This document shows, in pieces, positions 24,765 to 33,588 of a stretch of 64,000 nt of DNA. Positions within the stretch are counted from its first letter, which is position 1. Each line of letters starts with the position of its first letter. The stretch spans positions 416,001-480,000 of the forward strand of contig OZ241993.1 of NCBI GenBank assembly GCA_965204575.1, given 5' to 3'. The position numbers were made by a program, and so were the translations under genes. The DNA is from an uncultured candidatus Porisulfidus sp. GTDB taxonomy: Bacteria; Pseudomonadota; Gammaproteobacteria; Poriferisulfidales; Poriferisulfidaceae. Under the pieces are notes generated by a model. That model did not search any database. It was not told the DNA's origin and saw only the letters and a list, made by a program, of their open reading frames with translations.

Positions 24765-24790
24765 GGTGATGAAAATTGCGGAGAGTGAAT

Positions 24791-25123
24791 ATGGACGATG
24801 ACAAACTAGAGGTTACCCATGGGAGCGGAAATGTTTTCCGCGACTTTGGTGATCCTTACGCAGACCTGAAACAGGCCAAGGCTATTCTTGCAGCCCAGAT
24901 CATCTCGGTGCTGGACGAACGTAGCCTGTCGGTGCGCAAGGCAGCAAACATGACTAGCTTTGCTGCAGCAGACTTCTCCCGTGTCCGCAGTGCAGACCTA
25001 GGACGTTTTACTTTAGATAGATTAATGAAAATGCTTGTAGCCTTGGATAGCGAAGTTAGAGTCACTGTTCACATTGGCACAGGATCAGCAGAAGAAACAC
25101 CCATACCTAACCCTGCCCAGTGA
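24791..25123 (+). CDS. XRE-family HTH antitoxin (HigA-like)
   Basis: GSGNVFRDFG, LKQAKAILA and FTLDRL; directly downstream of the toxin. Confidence 0.88.
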   Translation: MDDDKLEVTHGSGNVFRDFGDPYADLKQAKAILAAQIISVLDERSLSVRKAANMTSFAAADFSRVRSADLGRFTLDRLMKMLVALDSEVRVTVHIGTGSAEETPIPNPAQ

Positions 25124-25160
25124 CTGGATCTAGGAAAGTAGGACCGCTTAGGAAAGACTA

Positions 25161-26996
25161 ATGTGTGGAATCGTCGGTGCAGCGGCCCGTCAGGACGTGA
25201 CATCCGCGTTGCTGGAAGGCCTGAAACGTCTGGAATACCGGGGTTATGACTCCGCCGGAATCGCAGTGCTCAACGACCATGGCCTGCAGCGTCTGCGTTG
25301 CAACGGCAAGGTCGCTGAACTGGTGCAGGAAACCGAATCGACCGGCCTGAGCGGACAGGTCGGCATCGCGCATACCCGCTGGGCCACCCATGGCGCACCC
25401 TCAGACCGAAACGCGCACCCCCACGTGGCCGGCACGGACGGGCGTATTGCCGTCGTGCACAACGGGATCATCGAAAACCATGCCGCCCTGAGAAAGCAGC
25501 AGCAAGACCGGGGAATCACGCACGACTCGGACACCGATTCCGAAATCCTGGCTTGCCAGATTGCCGGGCACCTAAGCGCACAGAATGGCCTGATCGATGC
25601 GGTTCGGGCGGCCGTGGACGAAGTGGAAGGAAGCTTCGCGTTCGGCGTGATCGACCGCGAGGACCCAGAGCGGATCATCGGTGCCCGCCGTGGCAGTCCC
25701 CTGGTCGTGGGGCATGGCGACAGCGGTTACTACCTGGCTTCCGACCCGCTGGCGCTGGCGGAAGTCTCATCCCGGTACTGCCTGCTGCAGAACGGCGACA
25801 TCGTGATGATCAGCGAAGGGGAAGCCGTGGTCTGGAACGGGAGCGAGACGGTGGCCCGGGAGTGGCGGGAATTCCAGGACACGGAGGTGGAAAGCGGGCT
25901 CGGCGACTACGAGCACCATATGCAGAAGGAAATCTTCGAGCAGCCGGATGCCGTGGCGCAGACGCTGGAAGGAAGAATCGAGACCGGGCGGGTCGACGAC
26001 GGGATTCTCGGCCCGGACGCCGGTGCCATCCTCGATGCAACCCGCGCCGTGCAGATCGCCGCCTGCGGAACCAGCTATCACGCCGCACTGGTGGCGCGCC
26101 ACTGGCTTGAACGGCATGCGGGAATCCACTGCCGAGTCGAGATCGCCAGCGAATTCCGCTACCGCCAGCATGCCCAGGATCCCGACACCCTGTTCATCGC
26201 CATCTCCCAGTCCGGAGAAACGGCAGACACCCTGGCGGCACTGGAGATGGCGAATCAGGACCCGAACTACCACGCAACCCTGGCGATCTGCAACGTCGCG
26301 CACAGTTCCATGGTCCAGGAATCCGACCTGACCCTGCTGACCCACGCCGGGCCCGAGATCGGAGTGGCCTCCACCAAGGCTTTCGTCACGCAGTTGGCTG
26401 CGCTGATGCTGGTGGTGATCCTGCTCGGCCGACGCCGGGCATTAACCGCCGAGGCGGAATCGGACCTGGTCGCACAGTTGGCCAACCTGCCGACCCGGAT
26501 CGGCCGGGCGCTCGAACTGGATGCAGGAATCGCAGACTTGTCGAAACAATTCGCGAACCGGCATCACGCATTGTTCCTGGGCCGGGGTTCGCACTACCCG
26601 ATTGCGATGGAAGGCGCCCTGAAACTGAAGGAGATCTCTTATATCCATGCCGAGGCTTATGCCGCCGGCGAGCTCAAGCACGGTCCGCTGGCACTGGTGG
26701 ACGAGGACATGCCCGTGGTGGCGGTCGCACCGAACAATCGCCTGCTGGAGAAGCTCAAGAGCAACCTGGAAGAAGTGCGCGCGCGGGGGGGACGCTTGTA
26801 CGTATTCGCGGACCGGCGTTCAGGATTCCAGAGTGACGACCTGATGACCGTGTTCGAACTGGATGCGCCGGAAAACGCGGTGGCGCCGATACTGTTTACG
26901 GTCCCGCTGCAGTTGCTGGCATACCACTGCGCCAAAATCAAAGGGACCGATATCGACCAGCCCCGCAACCTTGCGAAATCGGTCACGGTTGAATGA
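25161..26996 (+). CDS. glmS: Glutamine--fructose-6-phosphate aminotransferase
   Basis: MCGIVG, EYRGYDSAG, HTRWATHG and C-terminal PRNLAKSVTVE. Confidence 0.99.
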   Translation: MCGIVGAAARQDVTSALLEGLKRLEYRGYDSAGIAVLNDHGLQRLRCNGKVAELVQETESTGLSGQVGIAHTRWATHGAPSDRNAHPHVAGTDGRIAVVHNGIIENHAALRKQQQDRGITHDSDTDSEILACQIAGHLSAQNGLIDAVRAAVDEVEGSFAFGVIDREDPERIIGARRGSPLVVGHGDSGYYLASDPLALAEVSSRYCLLQNGDIVMISEGEAVVWNGSETVAREWREFQDTEVESGLGDYEHHMQKEIFEQPDAVAQTLEGRIETGRVDDGILGPDAGAILDATRAVQIAACGTSYHAALVARHWLERHAGIHCRVEIASEFRYRQHAQDPDTLFIAISQSGETADTLAALEMANQDPNYHATLAICNVAHSSMVQESDLTLLTHAGPEIGVASTKAFVTQLAALMLVVILLGRRRALTAEAESDLVAQLANLPTRIGRALELDAGIADLSKQFANRHHALFLGRGSHYPIAMEGALKLKEISYIHAEAYAAGELKHGPLALVDEDMPVVAVAPNNRLLEKLKSNLEEVRARGGRLYVFADRRSGFQSDDLMTVFELDAPENAVAPILFTVPLQLLAYHCAKIKGTDIDQPRNLAKSVTVE

Positions 26997-27457
26997 TCGG
27001 CAAGGAAATGCTGGACACCAAAATCCCTCCACCGATTGTCGCCATACTCATTGGCGTCTGCATCTATTTTTCACGGGACTGGCTGCCGCAGTTTGACTCC
27101 GGCTACCTCTTCTATGTGGGACTCGGCTGTGAACTTTTGGCCGTCGTGATCAACCTCACGGCTATCTTTTCCTTCATCAAGAACAAAACCACGATCAATC
27201 CGGTAAAACCTCATGCCGCGACCTCACTGGTGACTTCCGGGGCATTTACATTTTCCCGGAACCCCATGTACCTGGGGCTGCTGCTGTTCCTTTTCGGTTT
27301 TGCGCTTCAGGTCAACATCGTCGGAGGGGTGCCGCTGTTGGTTCTTTTCGTCCTCTACCTGAACGCGTTTCAAATCCTCCCCGAGGAGCGTGCCATGCTG
27401 GAGGTTTTTGGAGATGAATACCGGGAATATATGAAAAAAGTCAGAAGGTGGATATAG
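26993..27457 (+). CDS. Isoprenylcysteine carboxyl methyltransferase family membrane protein
   Basis: KIPPP, TTINP, SRNPMYLG, PEER and VRRWI; start may be ATG 27008. Confidence 0.85.
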   Translation: MIGKEMLDTKIPPPIVAILIGVCIYFSRDWLPQFDSGYLFYVGLGCELLAVVINLTAIFSFIKNKTTINPVKPHAATSLVTSGAFTFSRNPMYLGLLLFLFGFALQVNIVGGVPLLVLFVLYLNAFQILPEERAMLEVFGDEYREYMKKVRRWI

Positions 27458-27471
27458 GGAACGCACGAAAG

Positions 27472-27499
27472 TTGACAAACAGGGAGCCTTGAAGACAAT
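27472..27499 (+). promoter_or_regulatory. sigma70-like promoter of tnpB copy 2, probably giving a leaderless mRNA
   Basis: TTGACA (inside the left TIR), 16-bp spacer, GACAAT; ATG follows 6 nt later with no Shine-Dalgarno in between. Confidence 0.55.
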
Positions 27500-27505
27500 C
27501 TTCCC

Positions 27506-28765
27506 ATGAAAGTCCTCCGCACCGTCCGCTACCGCCTGCATCCGGGTTCTGCAAGAAAGAATCAGCAACTACACGGCACCGCCGGGGCCTGCCGCTTCGT
27601 CTGGAACCACATGGTCGGGAAGCTCAGAGACGAGTACGAATTCGGTATCAAGCCGGACTTTCGCCACTATTCCCTGTGTCATGTCTTCACCATCATGCGG
27701 AGGGAGGACGGCACGACGAAGTGGTTGCAGGGCTATTCGTCAAAAGTGGTCAGGGTCTCTCTAAAGCCCATCGAGACGACCTACAAGGAGTTCTTCAAGG
27801 ATTTGAAAACCGGCGGCAAACTGAATCGGAAGCGCCCGCAATTCCATGGCAAGTACGCTGTCGCACCTTCGTTTCCGGTGAATTACGAATGCGCGAAGGT
27901 AGCGGGAGAAAGCCTGTACGTGCAGAAGGTCGGTTGGATGAAGATGGTCGGAAACAACCCGTACCCGGACGGCGAGTTCAAGTCCGGGCGGATCAAGTAC
28001 GAATGTGGCAAGTGGTACGCCTACCTGGCCTATGAAGTTCAGGCGGAAGCCAGTCTCCCCCACGCCATCAAGGAAGTCGGCATCGACCGCAACGTGAACG
28101 CGGATGGGTGGGCGGTATTGTCGGACGGCACGAAGCATCCGGGCCCGGACTTGGAACGCAAGGTGGCACGGCGCAAACGATACCAGCGCAAGATGGCACG
28201 GCAGACGAAGGGAAGCAACCGCAGGAAGATCACCAAGATTCGGTTACAGAGGGCGTTCCGTGCGGAACGCTTCGCCCGGTTAAACTGGGCGCACCACGTC
28301 AGCAAGGACGTGGCTTCACAGTATGACCTAGCCTACGTAGAGAAGCTGAACATCCGGGGCATGACGAAGTCGGCCAAGGGCACCAGAGAGAGACCCGGCA
28401 AGAACGTAAAAGCGAAGGCAGCCCTGAACAGAAAGATTCTCGCCTCCGCATGGGGCACGCTGGAGTTGTGCCTAGACTACAAAATGGAAGTGCACCATGT
28501 GCATCCAGCGTACACCAGCCAAACGTGCCATTTGTGCGGGCACGTCGATGAGAAAAACAGAAATGGAACAGACTTCAAGTGCACCGCTTGCGGGCACGCG
28601 GACGATGCGGACGTGAACGCCGCATTGAACATTCTGGCCTTCGGGAATGGGGCGGCTGGACGTGGAGGTGGCGACACCGGCGGGGCATCCTGCCACAGTC
28701 GGCCTGGGAAGCGTCAAGAAATGGTGAAGGTTGACGAGAAATCCTCTGCCAACTTTCATACATAA
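27506..28765 (+). CDS. tnpB: TnpB RNA-guided endonuclease, intact
   Basis: RuvC triad GIDRN / YVEKL / DADVNAA and Zn-finger CHLC...CTAC all in frame; 419 aa; stop codon lies inside the right TIR. Confidence 0.95.
   Translation: MKVLRTVRYRLHPGSARKNQQLHGTAGACRFVWNHMVGKLRDEYEFGIKPDFRHYSLCHVFTIMRREDGTTKWLQGYSSKVVRVSLKPIETTYKEFFKDLKTGGKLNRKRPQFHGKYAVAPSFPVNYECAKVAGESLYVQKVGWMKMVGNNPYPDGEFKSGRIKYECGKWYAYLAYEVQAEASLPHAIKEVGIDRNVNADGWAVLSDGTKHPGPDLERKVARRKRYQRKMARQTKGSNRRKITKIRLQRAFRAERFARLNWAHHVSKDVASQYDLAYVEKLNIRGMTKSAKGTRERPGKNVKAKAALNRKILASAWGTLELCLDYKMEVHHVHPAYTSQTCHLCGHVDEKNRNGTDFKCTACGHADDADVNAALNILAFGNGAAGRGGGDTGGASCHSRPGKRQEMVKVDEKSSANFHT
28659..28763 (+). ncRNA. Putative omegaRNA 3' region of TnpB copy 2 (5' extent not determined)
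   Basis: Same nested stem as copy 1 (GACGT...GCGTC, one G-U change) with an extra hairpin in the loop; TCAA at 28714-28717; terminal hairpin. Confidence 0.55.
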
Positions 28766-28791
28766 TTCCCTGGATATAGGGTGAATGCCTT

Positions 28792-29475
28792 TTAGGGCGA
28801 CGGCACATACTCCCAGCTTTCGGACTGTTCTGCCGCAGCAGTTTTCTCCTCATCGGTCATCTCTTCTTCTATGCCCCGGATCAAATCTCGGATCTCCTTC
28901 CGCGTGATCGCGCACTGCGCATGGCTCGTTTCGCGATAAAGCGTCCGGGAGTCCGTATCACATGCCTCGATCATCTTGAATTCCGAGAGTTTCCGTACAT
29001 TGTCGGCAAGCAGCCAGGCGCGAATGATGTCGTAGCGTACGCCACTGCCTTTCCAGTAATGGTGGGCAAGAAAATAGCGGGCAGCCAAAGCATCGTCCCA
29101 CTGCCGGAAGAACCCGCGCCGGTTGGACAATCCAACCAGGATCGCAAGACCCATGCCGTCCCGTTCGGCAAACTGACCCGCCGCCTTCCGGTACCAGTCG
29201 ACCGCTGCCGCATCATCCTGCGCCACGCCTTCGCCCAGTTCGTGGAACATCCCCATCCGCAACTGCGCCCACGGGAACCCTTTTTCCGCGGCCTCCCGGG
29301 CGATCGCCAGCGCCGACTCCATCTCGTCCTCACGCCACAGGATATCGACCTCCGCCTCACCGGGATTGGCTTCCAGCGCCCGCGCAGGCGCCTCCATGAC
29401 TCCGGCGGTGCAACCCGCCGCCAGTGACGCCCAAAGCATCAGGAGAATTGTTCGGGATCCTGGAGACGCGGACAT
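28792..29475 (-). CDS. Sel1-like repeat lipoprotein
   Basis: Lipobox LAAGC; AQLRMGMFHELGEGVAQDDAAAVDWYRKAA Sel1 repeat. Confidence 0.8.
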   Translation of the reverse strand: MSASPGSRTILLMLWASLAAGCTAGVMEAPARALEANPGEAEVDILWREDEMESALAIAREAAEKGFPWAQLRMGMFHELGEGVAQDDAAAVDWYRKAAGQFAERDGMGLAILVGLSNRRGFFRQWDDALAARYFLAHHYWKGSGVRYDIIRAWLLADNVRKLSEFKMIEACDTDSRTLYRETSHAQCAITRKEIRDLIRGIEEEMTDEEKTAAAEQSESWEYVPSP

Positions 29476-29514
29476 GATTGTTCGGGCAGGAAATGCCCGG
29501 GGCCGAATGGAGGG

Positions 29515-29943
29515 CTAACTCCGGTAAGCCTGTTCGATGGCCTCTTGCCGGTTCTTCTCTTCTGCGCTGAATGCGGCAGTGGGGCGAAGCAGCAGACGTT
29601 CGATTCCGATCGGCGCGCCGGTCGCCTCGCAATAACCGTAAGAGCCGTCTTCGATCCGGCGAAGCGCTTCTTCGATCTTTGGCAACAACTTCGAGTCCCG
29701 GTTGAGCGCACGTACCTTCAGGTTGATGTCTTCCTCGACAGAGGCACGATCCAGCTCGTCGCATTCCCGGTGCTCTTCGGACAACTCCGCCTTGGCGCGT
29801 TCCAGCCGAACGCCCAATTCCTTGCGCAGATCAAGCAGGCGCTGCCGGAAGAATTCCAGCTGATCGCCGTTCATGTAATCCTTGCGCGGCGCACGAAGCA
29901 GTTGCTTTTCAGTAAGCATTTTCAAGACTCTTCCCGTGCTCAT
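29515..29943 (-). CDS. dksA: RNA polymerase-binding transcription factor DksA
   Basis: DYMNGDQLEFFR, DELDRA, YGYCEATG and RLLLRPTA; lacks the full 4-Cys Zn finger. Confidence 0.88.
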   Translation of the reverse strand: MSTGRVLKMLTEKQLLRAPRKDYMNGDQLEFFRQRLLDLRKELGVRLERAKAELSEEHRECDELDRASVEEDINLKVRALNRDSKLLPKIEEALRRIEDGSYGYCEATGAPIGIERLLLRPTAAFSAEEKNRQEAIEQAYRS

Positions 29944-30022
29944 GAAATCAATAGTTTTATAGCCGGTGTCTATTTTACTTGTTGCCGCGGTCCGCGCAAA
30001 ATGCCTCCCGGCGGAGAAGCCT

Positions 30023-30595
30023 TCAGGCTACCGCCTCTGTTCCCTGAGGCCGCAGCAGCGCAGCTTCCACTTCCACGCGCACCTCGTGCCCCTCAAGCCT
30101 TTCAATCAGGGCCAGCGCGAAGTCCATGGCCGTGCCGGGACCGCGCGAGGTGATGACCGGGCCGTCGACCTCCACCGGCGAACCGGTGAACACGACTTCG
30201 CCGTAATCTTCCGCATTGATGCAGCCCGGGTAGCAGGTCGCCTTGCGTCCGTCCAGCAGGCGGCTGCTTGCCAGGACTTTTGGAGCCGCGCAGATTGCCG
30301 CCACAGTGCGATCCTGGTCGACTTGGCTTCGAAGCAATTCGTGAATGCGGGGATCCGCGTCCAGGTAATCAGCCCCGGGCAGGCCGCCGGGGAGCACCAC
30401 CATGTCGAAGGTTTCGCCCATCGCCTCGTCGAGCGTCGTGTCCGGGACAAGCCTTGTCCCGCGCGAGGCCGTGACCGCGCCATCGCCCAGGCCAGCAGTG
30501 ACGACTTCGACCCCCGCACGGCGGAGAAGGTCGATCAGGGTGACCGCTTCAAGTTCTTCGCAACCATCCGCCAGCGGAATCAGGACCCGGCTCAT
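30023..30595 (-). CDS. DJ-1/YajL (ThiJ) family protein
   Basis: EELEAVTLIDLLRRAG, LPGG, AAICAAP and TSRGPGTA. Confidence 0.92.
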   Translation of the reverse strand: MSRVLIPLADGCEELEAVTLIDLLRRAGVEVVTAGLGDGAVTASRGTRLVPDTTLDEAMGETFDMVVLPGGLPGADYLDADPRIHELLRSQVDQDRTVAAICAAPKVLASSRLLDGRKATCYPGCINAEDYGEVVFTGSPVEVDGPVITSRGPGTAMDFALALIERLEGHEVRVEVEAALLRPQGTEAVA

Positions 30596-31845
30596 TGGGA
30601 GCGGGCCTCCTGCTGGCTTTGCCTCAACTTGCCGTGCTTGAGCAACTCGAGCGCAGACTGCACCTGGTTATCCTCAAGGATCGTTTCTTTAATCGACGGG
30701 TTTGATTTATCCGATTCGTCTTTCTCCGGCGCGACGAACTCCACCTCGTAGTCCGGCTCGATCCCTTTCTCATGGATCGTCTGTCCGGACGGCGTGTAGT
30801 AGCGCGCCGTGGTCAACTTGAGCGCGGCATTCTGGTTGTTCAGCGGCACCAGGGTCTGCACCGATCCCTTGCCGAACGTTTGCGTGCCGAGCAACTTCGC
30901 CCGTCCGTTGTCCCGCAAGGCGCCGGCCACGATTTCTGAGGCCGAGGCCGATCCCCCGTTGATCAGCACGACGACCGGCACGCCACCCGTCTGATCGCCG
31001 CTGCCAGCATGTTCCTGGACGTTCGATTTCTCCGTGCGCCCTCGGGTGGAAACGATCAATTGCTTATGACTTAGGAAGGCATCCGAAATCTCGATTGCCG
31101 CAGTGAACAACCCTCCCGGGTTATTGCGAAGATCCAGGACGATCCCTTGCAGTTCATCATCCGATTCGTCCTGCAGCCGCTCCAGGTGATCCATGAAATC
31201 AGCGCTGGTGCGAAGCTGGAAGTTGCTGATGCGGAGGTAGGCATAACCGGGTTCCAAGACCTGCCCGCGCACGCTCTGCACTTTAATGATGGCCCGCGTG
31301 ATCTCCACCTCGAAAGGCTCCTCGACATCCTCGCGGGAAACGGTCAGGGTAATGGCGGTCCCGGGCTTTCCACGCATGATCTGCACGGCATCATGCAGGG
31401 TCAGGTCGTGCACCGGCTCCCCGTCCAGTTCCAGAATCATGTCGCCGCTGAGCATTCCTTCACGCTGGGCCGGCGTGTCGTCAATCGGCGAGACGACCTT
31501 GATCGCGCTGTCGTCCTTGTCCTTGGTGACCACGATGCCGAGTCCGCCGAATTCCCCGGAAGTCGTGACTTCCCAATCGTCCAGTTCTTCGCGATCCAGG
31601 TAAGTCGTGTAAGGATCGAGTTTGGAGGCCATGCCGCGCATGGCGTTTCGCATCAGGGTGCTGTCGTCGACTTCATCGACGTACTGGCGTTTGATCAGGG
31701 CGAAGGCCTCGGAAAAGTTGCGCAGTTCCTGCAGCGAGACGGATGCCTGGCTGGCCGGCTTCGCGATAACCGCGTGACCCAATGCGCCTGCAACCACCAG
31801 CAACAGGGCCGGAATCAGCAGTCCGGAAGAGGGGATTTTGGGCAT
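30592..31845 (-). CDS. ctpA: S41 family carboxy-terminal processing protease
   Basis: LDPYT, PDZ domain GLGI, DLRNNPGG, SASASEI and TFGKGSVQ; start re-called at ATG 31845. Confidence 0.92.
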   Translation of the reverse strand: MPKIPSSGLLIPALLLVVAGALGHAVIAKPASQASVSLQELRNFSEAFALIKRQYVDEVDDSTLMRNAMRGMASKLDPYTTYLDREELDDWEVTTSGEFGGLGIVVTKDKDDSAIKVVSPIDDTPAQREGMLSGDMILELDGEPVHDLTLHDAVQIMRGKPGTAITLTVSREDVEEPFEVEITRAIIKVQSVRGQVLEPGYAYLRISNFQLRTSADFMDHLERLQDESDDELQGIVLDLRNNPGGLFTAAIEISDAFLSHKQLIVSTRGRTEKSNVQEHAGSGDQTGGVPVVVLINGGSASASEIVAGALRDNGRAKLLGTQTFGKGSVQTLVPLNNQNAALKLTTARYYTPSGQTIHEKGIEPDYEVEFVAPEKDESDKSNPSIKETILEDNQVQSALELLKHGKLRQSQQEARSQ

Positions 31846-32018
31846 AATTCCTGAAAAAACGGCGGAAAAGGCATTGTAGAGCAATACTTGAATGCGTCAA
31901 ACCTCCACTTGTCGGCCCCAAGCGATAGAGAAAGCCGGTTACAAGCCGGGATGACGGCCTGAAACCAAGACAAAACTAATGGTATGTTCGAATTTTCTAA
32001 TGTTAGAATGTTTCGGCC

Positions 32019-32345
32019 ATGGCCGCCCGGATCCCCGTGCCCGAATCCTTGCACGCGCTTGACGACGATATCGAACGCGCCTGCCACGCGGTCAAGGGGC
32101 TTTCGCATCCGATCCGACTCAAAGTCCTCTGCGTTCTGGGCGACAACGAAATGTCGGTCAACGACCTGGCGGCCGCCTGCGAAACCTCGCAAAGCAACAT
32201 CTCGCAGCACCTGAGCATCCTCCGACAATGCGGCATCCTGGCCACCCGCAAGGAGGCCAACTTCGTGCACTACCGGATCAACGATCCGCGCATGATCCAG
32301 CTGATGAACCTGATGCGTGACATGTTCTGTTCGCAGGCGCACTGA
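32019..32345 (+). CDS. ArsR/SmtB family transcriptional regulator
   Basis: LSHPIRLKVLCVL and SQSNISQHL; typical position upstream of rhodanese-grxC-secB. Confidence 0.92.
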   Translation: MAARIPVPESLHALDDDIERACHAVKGLSHPIRLKVLCVLGDNEMSVNDLAAACETSQSNISQHLSILRQCGILATRKEANFVHYRINDPRMIQLMNLMRDMFCSQAH

Positions 32346-32356
32346 ACATTGACTTA

Positions 32357-32785
32357 ATGCAGGAATACTTAGACTTCGCGATGCGCCACCCGTTCCTGAT
32401 GGGAGCGGTCACGGCACTGGTCGTCATGATCGCGGTGACCGAAATGCGCCGCTTGACGCGTCGATACAAGGAGATCACCGCCGCGCAGGCCGTGCAGTTG
32501 ATGAACCGGGAGTCGGCATGGATGCTGGACGTGCGGGAAGACCCGGAAGTCAAGGGCAGCATGATCCCGAATTCCCAGCGAATCGCGCTCAGCGAACTGC
32601 CGAAGCGTATCGGGGAGCTGAAAGGACAGGAAGGGCCGGTGATCGCCTACTGCCGGACCGGGATGCAGGCGCATCGAGCCTGCAAGATGCTGGTGCGGGA
32701 GGGATTGGACCCCGTCTACAACCTGAAAGGCGGGATCGGCGGCTGGCAGGAAGCCGGAATGCCGCTGGAGGCCAGTCCGTCGTGA
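32357..32785 (+). CDS. Rhodanese-like domain protein (YibN-like)
   Basis: N-terminal TM, LDVRE, YCRTG and LKGGIGGW. Confidence 0.9.
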   Translation: MQEYLDFAMRHPFLMGAVTALVVMIAVTEMRRLTRRYKEITAAQAVQLMNRESAWMLDVREDPEVKGSMIPNSQRIALSELPKRIGELKGQEGPVIAYCRTGMQAHRACKMLVREGLDPVYNLKGGIGGWQEAGMPLEASPS

Positions 32786-33054
32786 CTCCGCCCGAAGTCG
32801 TGCTTTACACGGGCCCTGCCTGCCTGTACTGCGACCGCGCCAAGATGCTGCTGGAACGCAAGGGGGTCTCCTACCAGGAAATCCGCGTGGATCGGGACCC
32901 CGGGGAATTCTCCACCATGCTGGAGCGTAGCGGCGGGCGCCGGTCCGTGCCGCAAATTTTCATCGGGGACTACCATGTGGGCGGTTTCGACGACATGTCC
33001 GCGCTCAACCTGGAAGGCAAACTGGATCCACTGCTGGCGGGAGAACCCGCGTGA
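32782..33054 (+). CDS. grxC: Glutaredoxin 3
   Basis: CLYC active site and SVPQIFIG...GGFDD; GTG start at 32782. Confidence 0.92.
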   Translation: MTPPEVVLYTGPACLYCDRAKMLLERKGVSYQEIRVDRDPGEFSTMLERSGGRRSVPQIFIGDYHVGGFDDMSALNLEGKLDPLLAGEPA

Positions 33055-33578
33055 CGAAGAAATCTGCCTCCCCCTCCGGCAAAGGCGCAACCCGGACGAG
33101 ACGCATGCAATTCGTGGAACACCACGGCAACTCGACGTTCGCGGTCGAGCACATCTGCCTGCGCTACGCCGAGTTCAAGACGGTGCGCGAATCCGGGGAG
33201 TTTGTTGAGGGCCAGTTCGAAACCAAGGCGCGGATCAGCAACGAGACGGTCTCGCTGGATGACGACCGCCATTCGGTCTCCCTGATCGTCAACGTGACGC
33301 GGCTGGAGGATGAGACGGAGGTCTTCAGCTGCGAGGTCTGCTATGCCGGCGTTTTCCTGATCCAGGGCTTGTCCGAGGAGAAGGGTCATGAACTGCTGAT
33401 GACCCGGTGCCTGGACATGCTCTACCCGTACATCAGTTCGACGATCGCGCAACTGGCGAGCCAGGCCGGTTTCCAAGGCCTGCAACTCGTTCCCATCAGT
33501 TTCGGGGCGTTGTACCGGAGCGAGCAGCGCGAAAAACAGCAGTGGGAAGACATCCAGGACAAGGTGGTTCGCCACTGA
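33051..33578 (+). CDS. secB: Protein-export chaperone SecB (divergent)
   Basis: CEVCYAGVF, LYPY, GF...L.PISFGALY; sits between grxC and gpsA. Confidence 0.8.
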   Translation: MTKKSASPSGKGATRTRRMQFVEHHGNSTFAVEHICLRYAEFKTVRESGEFVEGQFETKARISNETVSLDDDRHSVSLIVNVTRLEDETEVFSCEVCYAGVFLIQGLSEEKGHELLMTRCLDMLYPYISSTIAQLASQAGFQGLQLVPISFGALYRSEQREKQQWEDIQDKVVRH

Positions 33579-33588
33579 CATCCCCGGC

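Larger units (their letters stand above)
27457..28770 (+). mobile_element. TnpB-only cassette 2 with TIRs and a perfect 8-bp TSD
   Basis: TGGATATA at 27449-27456 and 28771-28778; right end TGCCAACTTTCATACATAATTCCC (28747-28770); degenerate left end GGGAA---CGCACGAAAGTTGACA (27457-27477). Confidence 0.88.

Noticed and set aside
26960-27060. attTn7 site at the glmS 3' end as an explanation for the downstream accessory genes
   Set aside because: No Tn7-like TGT...ACA ends, 5-bp duplication or tns genes seen; the TnpB cassette is about 460 bp away and has its own 8-bp TSD.
28718-28741. Post-TCAA sequence of copy 2 translates as VKVDE, resembling the VEVDE motif of IS1595 transposases (a guide against a transposase gene?)
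   Set aside because: Copy 1 shows nothing similar, and pairing with the right TIR explains the sequence more simply.
31843-31851. CATAATTCC, matching the cassette right end
   Set aside because: It is the reverse complement of the ctpA RBS and start (AGGAATTATG); no partner end or duplication.
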